Source of the DNA: Clostridia bacterium
GTDB taxonomy: Bacteria > Bacillota > Clostridia > Christensenellales > UBA1242
Assembly (NCBI GenBank): GCA_045654505.1
Contig: JAZONM010000005.1
Span: 37,491 to 101,490 of the forward strand
Direction of reading: 5' to 3'
DNA length: 64,000 nt
Numbering within the stretch: position 1 is the first letter of the stretch; each line of letters starts with the position of its first letter. The translations under genes and the position numbers were made by a program. Positions 50,201-53,438 of this stretch are shown piece after piece. The notes under the pieces are model-generated. The model did not search any database, had not been told where the DNA came from, and was given only the letters and a program-made list of their open reading frames with translations.

Positions 50201-51770
50201 ACCAAAACTTACTTCTGTTGCTTATTCTAGTACATATACTCCATCAAACAGTGATACATACGGAAGATTCTGTGGATTGTATGATGGTTGTATTTATGAT
50301 TATATAAATTGCATTACCGGTTCGTTAGAAAACGGATATTATACATTTGGATTTGCTCCAAATGCAAAATCTGGCACAATAAATGTATATTCGGCTACTA
50401 AAAATATAGGTGAATATGCCCTAAAAGACAACGGAGTGTGCACGTCATTTGTTATAAACAATCCTACTACTTCTTATGTACATCCAGAAGCTTTAAATAC
50501 TGGTATGTGTGAAAATAGAGGAGAGTCAGCAAGCTCCACCACTGATAGCAGCGGAGCGGGATTGAAAAGTATCACTACGCCGAATAATACCAAAGATGAT
50601 AATTATTTATATTATGCCTACGATGATGTATTGTATTATCATCAAATTGAAGGTATATATTATTATACTTATAGTTTCTCAGGTGCATGTAGTAAATGTA
50701 ATAACTCAACTGCTGATTATCTTTACAATGGTGAATATACTTTATTGTCTTCAGCAAAATATACTACAGGTACATTAGTATCAAATACAATATTTGCTAG
50801 AGGCCTTTATAAATGTAGTGCATGTAATACTCCATCTACAGAATATCATGCAATAAAAGCTTATACTAATGGAGCAGGTTCGCCTAAGACAACACATAAA
50901 TATACTGTAGTCACCTGTCCAAGGCAAAAGACTGGCACTGTAGATTTGTGTTCGATGGAAGACGAAAATAGTATTGTAGTAGGTATGGAGGATTATGCAT
51001 TCTATGCGTCAAATCTGAGTGTTGTACATATTAGTCAAAATGTACAAACTAGAATTAAATATAGTACATTCAATGATGCTGATGGTATGGCGTTATATAA
51101 TCATTCATTATATGACATAATTGAATATGTTCACACTTGGAATCCTGTGTGGGAATTGGCGGGATACTTTGACGAGTCTGTGTTTGGTAATTATTTTCGC
51201 AACGAACTTTTCAATGTTACAGAATATTTATGTCGTACAGACCTAAAACTATATCTTCTTCCAGTGCTATACGCTAAATACAATCCTTATATCAATAGCA
51301 GTGTAAACTTATTCGGTACAAATGCATTGTCTAAAGAAAGAGTATTTGGTTTCTACGACTACAATCCAAATGAGTTTGCAGTAGAGTCTAGAAACGAAAC
51401 TGCAAATGTATCTATAATAAATCAAACATATTCATTTACTGCACGTAATTATGGTTTTGTAAATAATTATGGAGCAGGATCAAGTTATAAATACTATTAT
51501 TGTGAAGGATGCGATTACTATCATCTTATCGGACATTCTACTACAAGTTATAATATGGGAATATATAATGCGGTATACAAAATACTTAACAATGTATACA
51601 ATGCGACATTGTATTATTGTAGAAACTGTACATTTACAGGTAATATAAGAGTAGGTGCTACAACTGGTATTGATGTTACTACGGGCAGTACTACATACGG
51701 ATATACCACTGTAAAAGCAAGACGTATAATGGCAACAAGTTATAATTTGTATTCGGCAACACTTCCTTGA
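32292..51770 (+). CDS. Giant (6,492 aa) N-terminally anchored surface protein: Listeria-Bacteroides (Flg_new-type) repeats, orphan core, BspA-type LRRs, CxxC tail
   Basis: Uninterrupted 19,479-nt ORF with RBS cggagg. N-terminal KRRK plus TM (LIINIILISILILLALVSTLLYI). At least 25 G(Y/H)xFxGW-type repeat signatures. LRR_5-like IG..AF..C..L repeats near the C-terminus. No LPXTG or C-terminal TM. Confidence 0.85.
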   Translation: MSKRRKLIINIILISILILLALVSTLLYINLYPRVSVHLISDNELLDTIQIKKNSSIPALKSPEKEGYTFEGWYNDQDYTSPFVYGESLSDDIELYAKFTAIDYTLTFNYGEISNIYPSAIYHFYDAVALPDGTETILIQGEETTLATLKQGYKFAGWAPTKNSTVATYGKGTTFLMPSSNVNLYAVWEPIAYSVKYYIQDLNQVDAVRDVDADGFVAYNANSHVKYGEIEYKYNTKVVAPDAPKNEQGYYQFVGWYEDPQFTKPINFNQTYMGLNQLSNINLVPIYDTDNEDQICLYGKWQVVRFNIAFCLNGSSRVGTKYVVKDSSVMQTDENGSYTNSDFFKYKEDVYFGLPLSYLDGGIYSNALLDGQVYYSYGTLRDTVSHKFVGWFTARNASEGTQYKNDTQFNPEDFPEYYTNRDEGFSFLEPGIRTYVLYAAWEEFLHIEYSYNGSILDRQQVENGKTGQLNDPAKMANVKKSGYHFIGWSKTADALNTGATIYKLGQNYKFTTEASESEDENCLFFSVGNRKTTLYPIFKPNNYEIKYDFSINTLGSDGKLNVIKDTQPNNVVFSDYMKEKLAETYIIRYNTTVNGRLESHTVLNSIDTNGNSNATYKDTSGETYLLLSWAVVDEDNNVVATYAGNNEIYANSTNSVIYKYSKEKSTGNYEFVIKAIWTTQMTITFDKGWDDVEGEVPASITGMTGATIKLPTTPSLTRPYHVFRGWVVDAERIDENGKENYNPANVYLSNNSYSFSENTTLYALWEPIEYKLVIRNTTVNGNEGAQIASISIGAGVYKNIVAQVTLGENIVIGDGATATVIPLSSPQAGYSLTGFSIVAGGDVVFANGEVITILSEANKENIFNPYPASNAKTFVIYAKYEIKSYDIEIDRDGDGTYETKEEDVRHGSLLRDNMPNPSLAEGYEIAYWEVDNGVEIVKIENMNASDFKVTSDLKVKLYTKIQTFTVLIQQTDPVSGNIVSEIKKEGVEYNTTLQLDPTDDDYITYFGYIFDGWYLGETKVELATQVITSNATYKTKYVADKVRFVYHANKDVDDTTTMNSSAFDYGTEFTLPTQVLLGSGFTKSGYVLSGWTLDADNTEFVGATNTIVKVSNDKFDESLFVTEFGQTGYVIHIYAQYSRQFTVSFEFPDTVTASGNTSIVEKYIAGSEINVASFIKNNSISITPDAGYVFNNDWYVKGFEDVLYSEYEVNVIVVNDNIVLMPFVETIKYTAVFNYKYPSQSTYTTLEDYTQENIEIDNEDTKINLPSAEMLKDILKNGGTTYRALSWYLQGAGGTYDLGQSITLTSDMILAGNTIIEFTLNLSTEKTVRYNPDDPDLSSVDIKVVENETIYVGYKGEVKAENLITFTREGYNLVCWMAGDTEYAIGDELVVGKDIVVEEGRPFVFKATWEKKQTNIIYNSNYPVGELTNITESTTVGWGTNYSVESKNWDCETAEYLYVISAWNTESNGNGTTYNVGETIKITLEMEGDFNLYAVWTRAYRVIYKDGANQENGTENILVGEEYTFVKTTDVSFTKEGHYIAKWAYAGNEYEPSTDLNPSKAIVLTREVPGKIVVFEAVWAADELTITFVYTNADGTEYSRTTYDTSYGATYSHDFDMDRETLTYDGHNYKFVAFVDDRGNQYTRNIANKIVVEQITYSMTLTSLYQKEVTLTYVYASDSKVLTFAAGTVIGNEENPFLVFTDQEMSDNGEGNAKHIGWTDDANNYTFISNASESGYNYVRQNSFATTFTLNNSVVLNILKLDKYELLIYDDISYNNTESKVEFSNSDSAITLVEGDTYTYNYNNSDYKGFVIGGSVFSYDPNTEKDLDASDTFTLNGTLANTYSSDKKIYLYPLQYIDVTFVGLNGAESTKTILAGTSTSPDDVASGDEKSYFSHWVIDATGETIDFENDTPIFWEDTKVIAVYKNFFSVQYLDSDIANRDALNNTKLKDTDKIKLAKVNNTVVVNGSTVQVDYVKANMELIGWYICYTPNGLSGDYDSKLFALEEEFYPYAYAVGKDLYDDNGDIWTNFYVFPVWEAALIDITFSYPENTDNTEFSLNASGTYKVEYNSDIAIQNVSDTVMTITFTAVEVQGDNSRKYTETTITATALQVSANNILTQWQFTDGESNTSEIDNTFKFTEAGNISFTYTTSAVNITVGVKYAGEIQTEDTYGYFYKGTNKTKHIVNYTEKGTSGAYNLKLTAVEQTSTVAEFKGWYVYDEASGDYIKIENDSIFTVNDKVLNITGLKDDVVIYANFSTGYVTVNQTNTYLHADGKTVDTSKITSLRASFVNVDEVDGVSYTSGEIAIDSTKALSVNLNDTVTITYDLTSSVYRVHGIRVSYTVLGETTTTNYLVDNGNGSVSFAVNQVVPYTIEMILVESEIKVHFKGYDGATDLFTKTYQYGATLGEIGLPSANGKDNDHTEDGKLYTFAGWNDLDVNANVTQDMDIMSSWIRVYDVVVNNGDSDTVHKIIYTSSDTETTSLSGEYSNYISLSATSKTNYRLAKYIFTYEIDENIVVDLSENVFRLNDVLTQAEVEQTVRMRIDPVYEKLYAIKVYDKDGFVRDSIDQISIHETINYSVIDEVGYDFVNWNVSYNGKTQTITSLENFKLESLSILDDDSVHLIEFEPIYQLKTFTLTFVVNNSSRGSINASNEGYEIHYGEKITFSGKVATFTDSLDRPQEITATTIGAYQFLGYSTTNSESIEALTEYTITDNIVIYAIFVNATVGITAELHTYVAGTERNDMDGGWIVQIVGLDEIPATSWNLTASTGTTIQFNISSEVGFNLTSVEVKVGNGDYETLIPDGAIYSILITDVTDIQIRFDAIEYDVTIGMGSVTGFTQTPWAYYMDSEDNPISITTRETNVYQDIAYSLEKTLVIYAEEEYYDIDEIVYTLGTSTTENDIVDYTINADGQYEIKFVVTNDVHIKVYVKFREIQAIFHDYQGNLTGKTKTFTYNQTISGVDVSDATYRLENYYYNASGNQVSVASSAVGGYKQTGWYYIDSDDNHIPFNTASDTYTLDGDLHLYPQYENIYFVKTTIANTYVSGGYTNNEEVTSNLFSLYVPSTLIKGYVFVGYECKIGESYVSFMYNGTSWSVKFAAFDSAQATTVLDPVSGGKYDFDLFKRKGWTSYTQFTIEGKFEYESYTIDFDIATGSTLGEGKLFVDGEESTSYDLPVEYGYTVQYDKTSVATYGVVCFVVTVYDRDSELLKTLYYVPNDACVVNNMEYQLTGGSKTTFNEDTPLSITANTTFTGTFGNATASVVFKFVADANLYTNNNLPIITTTFVNSGISGESISTILKYNHTIANPEYTEARPTYMDSLYNNNIATTAYRVDIPRTQSFTYTLSVGANYELYDTIASQTLKVNGNMEIVVKLKLKTKTISFQNNFYNGTENTPSTQKGYVVLHYKEAVENADGFITSFTDKTMGVAGTNSYEVMIYHTDAPYFEVVETTGYQLQGIYEEEYDKDGDNTEVAPYNAASAHYILNTAYDTFNATFVEKEVTFTFAISNGTKNLDVVTKTYKVTDVDTFENDVQNLTTATVNGDTYTLNELLMLNANKADFKNVWVDTESATGIWDTTNAYLNAGMLNLDSNVVIYANVVVAHLVEVKAGDNGSISYDADDENHGKTWLLYSNTARGEKYSNLVFKVRVEHGIPTITATPDAGYNTDFKFSAVDNKYKEVYSTLIGSEALTITFEEITLDINVEIVETEDNSYITLNGSALSLNSFNMGSTTTFDELYDQIISLLTSKYGKATDYKISGNNHYIFYSNTGISYYLSLEVSKLYDSSFAVLNFDDAIYTKSGNNDEFTVYIRFGRVDKYEFAIYDLETELVKLYLNEGDVVDLANLEYPGTEYTFSEYASEHNFGLTGAYYLHLSQNGNAYSRFSEDLDNVHGYAYLQHIKINPLGGGVYERVVNTSIQNTTFTMDDQSITLYVVAAKELSLKITVCGDSTSADEELEKYGIDPNGTQISPAPKYFEGKHISESEIIAAVQAYFESANITIFEILGIGDKDGIEENWEIIVTESTASGIINVVVRICKITTTTRLINGYDATINIPVDIQYDQNYVNPGYFSAASNDPFYESGMPYIMDNGMWVQNPALTSEEFAPWAPTGCVFVGYLVVDEEYILGMTDGRYTEANGTIYDIYEYNLASFHNGIINPDDVYSFVAMYYSSYTLNFGRNVTNYVNGVKSANEYLYSDYGYAYEITYMKWTASGGNYTQEEITTTVYSIQSLNQISASLDDITFKVIYADYYTVSIPSYTGGTSEEKSIDDIDINGGEFKCITFTLSPNSTTGSVTIGMRADYITSYTPYDSYRENYNSQVYWYDINGQKVSYENVYGATDANLFARPNDIYYYFKTEGDIGARIIQYYEYYNDPVFFSEGSHEFAPGKSVCAMTLALEPIKDILFINIEAADGTSIPATTNTAVGGKYSSDSTYSNKRFNFDIVTATTINATFKVNSNEIFNTRSTGAYLLSHAVYPTTKLGILYQQQVYSITSNIIDELVINMHHDIIENDKYKDDFEQYILNRVDYTLKTSNTSPTNMTSIGIVWENFVSYYAAKTTVFKTLSESSSTPVIQFKFLTGYARYTFRITESTADFNFEEGDITSSNTDTINSEPLINIALDESDSFYIVSGTFYHLGSIQIVATTSGTITISYFSPGTTTASRVVNLALNSAITISTAQEYTISLDTRYQNEGDEYNQLAHELTVSISSVSVPIWARALNSAGTAFDTGLPTILGNIYIRKDLYNDTSYDIYASNTGATGDMRAINFQDDSTYASALSTLNTSTKHGYNLVENVDYLNMTTLLDFFNAKDKIVAKLSTSVTFEEKNGETLWMFNGTSMPTATTSTWYTLRGLMLADMTVVDTYTFNSGYTTRIRTTNTLNSTQVSVKNTIHIALEPATVYTYDNNITNTSTSYYTVQENSMSGSYYMPYVKYDSTSKTYKTATRSTTTFGQYIHRYPSGMYTSSVLNFITNKIAITDTSVSTYWGDNTSNKLTLEGPFATYNLGTSSNIKGLHIYSSGAKKISLVWNRISSTVVFVGEASQFLTTKTTSSPIYYSNWGRIKSFMESGSLIYETMDSSKTVTTPDYHTVTDNSADSNSIYQLRFAFEGQDVRYWTNTTNIYSDTTTTSIYLTGMGNDITFTTVSDDISFVYAVYTPANNTYNNMAMWSFQAGDHTVLAGYNLTDGNTSLKAYFDNLDDVEYKMYVPTWHFMKNSSTALTIDEDDTPGVATYAYRITTISIKDHGYDEGYFDDCVYNPGDIKYVYFDGSASIGNPGAYSSSSQDYYLSHGGVSGYQYNMEMLCKDYAMISKLTWTHKGPQSLIGYGEYDPGTNLHFIGVVGGSSNAGSIIVNSTTNRIIHAAPNGTIGLTSNLLGYTLIDAMAFAYNQSSISQLEFSNVTGIGTGAFYTENTNFLSENIIFGKTLARMGTNIFHDNRVKNGNSLKITFYGTIPYTTYNNTYGYAKGIPMLFNANSTSKFELWYYARNDKSNAGGSYGFRGSYDKYLFNNDNTSDYYDNYRFIEAPASYFSISSNAINGITSTGATNLISTTSGHYQYLVLPSKDSSGNTITWANYLGLVETGQGNDYIDIIKIYYQGTHNIGAFTQLNGTTRAADMGHQVQYLETAINTFTTANCIMGVEGSHSAIYIGSSLTNYLLGINLPHIKTVANTTSSYSGKYQDKLTSINLPNATSIGEYAFIDLDALVTVNIPKVTTIGTYAFEDCGKLTTVTAEKLTTVGSSAFEDCSKLTTVATENLTTIGNFAFSDCSALTSLGNVTSTSSTKGASSLGTYFAENTKISHVNITTTATLAGTAASSGVPNSSGAFHGMTSLKTFNTIGTKNGTCYLDTLNSGKALIYKTKSLTENGPGYYYLIEYGQGNTGSDTITIPGGVVYDDAFEDSKLTTLTLGATDGENLFMGNLPFAGSDITSIILNASLRNVGVTNLYSLYSQVSSSAFYSGITRSETGGSYIFDNAPKLTSVAYSSTYTPSNSDTYGRFCGLYDGCIYDYINCITGSLENGYYTFGFAPNAKSGTINVYSATKNIGEYALKDNGVCTSFVINNPTTSYVHPEALNTGMCENRGESASSTTDSSGAGLKSITTPNNTKDDNYLYYAYDDVLYYHQIEGIYYYTYSFSGACSKCNNSTADYLYNGEYTLLSSAKYTTGTLVSNTIFARGLYKCSACNTPSTEYHAIKAYTNGAGSPKTTHKYTVVTCPRQKTGTVDLCSMEDENSIVVGMEDYAFYASNLSVVHISQNVQTRIKYSTFNDADGMALYNHSLYDIIEYVHTWNPVWELAGYFDESVFGNYFRNELFNVTEYLCRTDLKLYLLPVLYAKYNPYINSSVNLFGTNALSKERVFGFYDYNPNEFAVESRNETANVSIINQTYSFTARNYGFVNNYGAGSSYKYYYCEGCDYYHLIGHSTTSYNMGIYNAVYKILNNVYNATLYYCRNCTFTGNIRVGATTGIDVTTGSTTYGYTTVKARRIMATSYNLYSATLP
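32430..44700 (+). repeat. Region of Flg_new-type ~70-100-aa beta repeats within the giant ORF (dense to ~41.6 kb, sporadic after)
   Basis: Examples: EGYTFEGWYNDQDYTSPF..IELYAKF, QGYKFAGWAP..NLYAVW, YQFVGWYEDPQFTKPINF, SGYHFIGWSK, HVFRGWVVD..TLYALW, SGYVLSGWTLD, EGYNLVCWMAG, AEFKGWYVYD, YTFAGWNDL, GYVFVGYECK. Boundaries approximate. Confidence 0.7.
48400..51070 (+). repeat. BspA-type leucine-rich repeat (LRR_5-like) region of the giant ORF
   Basis: IDAMAFAYNQSSISQLEFSNVTGIGTGAFY.., IGEYAFIDLDALVTVNIP, TIGTYAFEDCGKLTTV, VGSSAFEDCSKLTTV, IGNFAFSDCSALTSL, DDAFEDSKLTTLTL, IGEYALKDNGVCTSF, MEDYAFYASNLSVVHI. Boundaries approximate. Confidence 0.7.
49344..49607 (+). repeat. Four tandem 66-nt (22-aa) LRR units; units 2 and 3 near-identical at DNA level
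   Basis: Unit 2 is 49410-49475 (KVTTIGTYAFEDCGKLTTVTAE). Unit 3 is 49476-49541 (KLTTVGSSAFEDCSKLTTVATE). gccttcgaagattgt(g/a)gcaaacttactactgtt is shared 32/33. Confidence 0.85.
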
Positions 51771-51851
51771 TTTGTAAATGGAATAGATATTTGCAAGAAG
51801 AAATATACAAATCAAAAGCAGTAAGTCTATGCAATAAAAGTAAAAACTTGT

Positions 51852-51887
51852 AAAAAAAAAGGAAAGGCGAGAGCCTTTTCTTTTTTT
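51852..51887 (+). terminator. Rho-independent terminator after the giant ORF
   Basis: aaaaaaaaaggaaaggc gaga gccttttc ttttttt. Confidence 0.7.
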
Positions 51888-51927
51888 GTCGTTTTGAGAT
51901 TGATGCTGTGTCCTTTTTCTAAATTTA

Positions 51928-52142
51928 CTTGAAATGACAGTATTTCTGCTAGATTTCTCCGCTATGGTCGAAATGACAATTATATATAGATTTCGACACT
52001 ACAGTCAAAATAGCAGGTATACATAGATTTATTGACGTAACTCGAAATAATAGTATTTTGTCTTTCTGAGATGGACCCACATGATGGACAATCTAAGAAT
52101 CTCGACAATAGTAAGTCCAGATTTCTCTACTCTGGTCGAAAT
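51928..52142 (+). repeat. Degenerate ~37-bp tandem repeat array (5-6 units) rich in GTCGAAA / TTTCGAC (Spo0A-box-like) cores
   Basis: Units start at 51928, 51967, 52004, 52041, 52101 and 52135, each (g/c)t(c/t)gaaat.aca..tagatttc... Cores: GTCGAAA 51967-51973 and 52136-52142, TTTCGACA 51991-51998, GTCAAAA 52004-52010, CTCGAAA 52041-52047, CTCGACA 52101-52107. Confidence 0.7.
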
Positions 52143-52161
52143 CACGGGTGTAAAAAAAGTG

Positions 52162-52190
52162 TTGCAATATGGAAATATATTTGGTATAAT
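52162..52190 (+). promoter_or_regulatory. Sigma-A-type promoter of the rpsF-ssb-rpsR operon
   Basis: TTGCAA (52162-52167), 17 nt, TATAAT (52185-52190). The ~70-nt leader has two small hairpins (gtgataa..ttatcac; cttcgagaaatcgaag) before RBS aaaaggagg. Confidence 0.65.
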
Positions 52191-52261
52191 ATGCGTGATA
52201 ATTAAGGTTATCACCTTGCTTCGAGAAATCGAAGCCATTAGACCAAAAGGAGGTAAAAAGA

Positions 52262-52543
52262 ATGAATAAGTACGAAATGCTTACAATTTTCAGCGCAACA
52301 CTTACTGATGAAGACAAAGAAAAAATTGTAGAAAAGTATTCAAAACTTATGGAGACCGATGGTGGAAAAGTCCTTAATGTAAATAAATGGGGTATTAAGA
52401 AATTTGCATATCCTATCAATTACAAAAAAGAAGGATTTTATGTGCTATTTGATTTTGAGTCAAAACCTGAAGTTCCTGCTAAGATTAGCGCATTGATGAA
52501 CATTGATGAAAATGTTTTGAGAAGCCTATGTTTGAAGAAATAG
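52262..52543 (+). CDS. rpsF: 30S ribosomal protein S6
   Basis: MNKYEMLTIFSATLTDEDKEKIVEKY..NKWGIKKFAYPINYKKEGFYVLFDFE is the typical S6 sequence. Operon context with ssb and rpsR. Confidence 0.95.
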   Translation: MNKYEMLTIFSATLTDEDKEKIVEKYSKLMETDGGKVLNVNKWGIKKFAYPINYKKEGFYVLFDFESKPEVPAKISALMNIDENVLRSLCLKK

Positions 52544-52573
52544 TTTAAAGTTTTCATTTATAAGGAGAAAAAA

Positions 52574-52966
52574 ATGAATAAATGTATTCTTATTGGTAAT
52601 CTTACCAAAGATCCTGAAATCAGCACAACTACCAATGGCGTATCTGTGTGCCGTTTTACCCTAGCTGTTACTCGCAGATTTGCAAACAGCGAAGGCGAAA
52701 GAGATACTGATTTTATCAATATCGTAGCTTGGCGCTCTCTTGCAGACAATTGCCATAAATTTATAAAGAAAGGTAGTAAAGTGGCTGTAGTAGGAAATAT
52801 CCAAAGCCGTAGCTACGATGCTGCTGATGGTAGCAAACGTTATGTTACTGAAATTGTAGCAGAGGAAGTTGAGTTTTTGACTACTCGCAACAATGACGGC
52901 GAAGTAAGAAAAGAAGATGAAGTATCAAAACTTCAACCTGTAGAAGACGACGGTCTTCCATTCTAA
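52574..52966 (+). CDS. ssb: Single-stranded DNA-binding protein
   Basis: OB-fold start MNKCILIGNLTKDPE..TDFINIVAWR and acidic tip DDGLPF. Confidence 0.95.
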   Translation: MNKCILIGNLTKDPEISTTTNGVSVCRFTLAVTRRFANSEGERDTDFINIVAWRSLADNCHKFIKKGSKVAVVGNIQSRSYDAADGSKRYVTEIVAEEVEFLTTRNNDGEVRKEDEVSKLQPVEDDGLPF

Positions 52967-53004
52967 TTTTAATTTAATAAAAAATATTTTAAGGAGTTTT
53001 TATA

Positions 53005-53283
53005 ATGGAGCAAATGACTATTGAAAGCGTTGCTGCAGTTGAGGAAAAAGTTGCACCAAAACGCTTTAAGAAAACTTCTAGAAAGAAAGTATGCAGTTTT
53101 TGCGTTGATAAAGTAAGTAGTATTGATTACAAAGATGTAAACAAACTAAAAAGATATATCACTGAAAAAGGTAAAATCCTTCCTAGAAGACAAACTGGCA
53201 CTTGTGCCGCTCACCAAAGAGAGCTTACAGTTGCTATCAAACGTGCTCGTTTTATGGCACTTATACCATATGTTGGTGATTAG
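53005..53283 (+). CDS. rpsR: 30S ribosomal protein S18 (with a ~20-aa N-terminal extension)
   Basis: [63 protein letters not shown]. Confidence 0.9.
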   Translation: MEQMTIESVAAVEEKVAPKRFKKTSRKKVCSFCVDKVSSIDYKDVNKLKRYITEKGKILPRRQTGTCAAHQRELTVAIKRARFMALIPYVGD

Positions 53284-53292
53284 TATGTAATA

Positions 53293-53322
53293 AAAATGCA
53301 ACCATATTGGTTGTATTTTTTT
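53293..53322 (+). terminator. Rho-independent terminator after rpsR
   Basis: aaaatgcaacca tat tggttgtatttttt. Confidence 0.7.
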
Positions 53323-53438
53323 GTTGTTCTTTTAAAAAACATTGTTACGACATAATATTTATACCTAATACTCGGATAGGTTGTGTTTTTACAGATAAAA
53401 TGATAGAATAAATACGAAATAATATTAAGGAGGTAAAA

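Noticed and set aside
32292-51770. Antisense and out-of-frame ORFs inside the giant gene (e.g. 34782-35273 -, 42411-42890 -, 40185-40616 -, 49430-49786 -), plus a search for an LPXTG sorting signal or DGR template repeat
   Set aside because: The internal ORFs are Cys/Ile/Phe-rich shadow frames with no RBS. No LPXTG-TM-basic tail exists at the C-terminus (it ends ...YNLYSATLP). No reverse transcriptase or duplicated template region is present in the window.
51928-52142. CRISPR array interpretation of the repeat region
   Set aside because: The units are contiguous (no unique spacers), degenerate and only ~37 bp. No cas genes or leader are present.
52029-52419. Three track ORFs (52029-52238 -, 52081-52269 +, 52093-52419 -)
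   Set aside because: No RBS. They overlap the repeat array, the rpsF promoter/leader, or lie antisense to rpsF.
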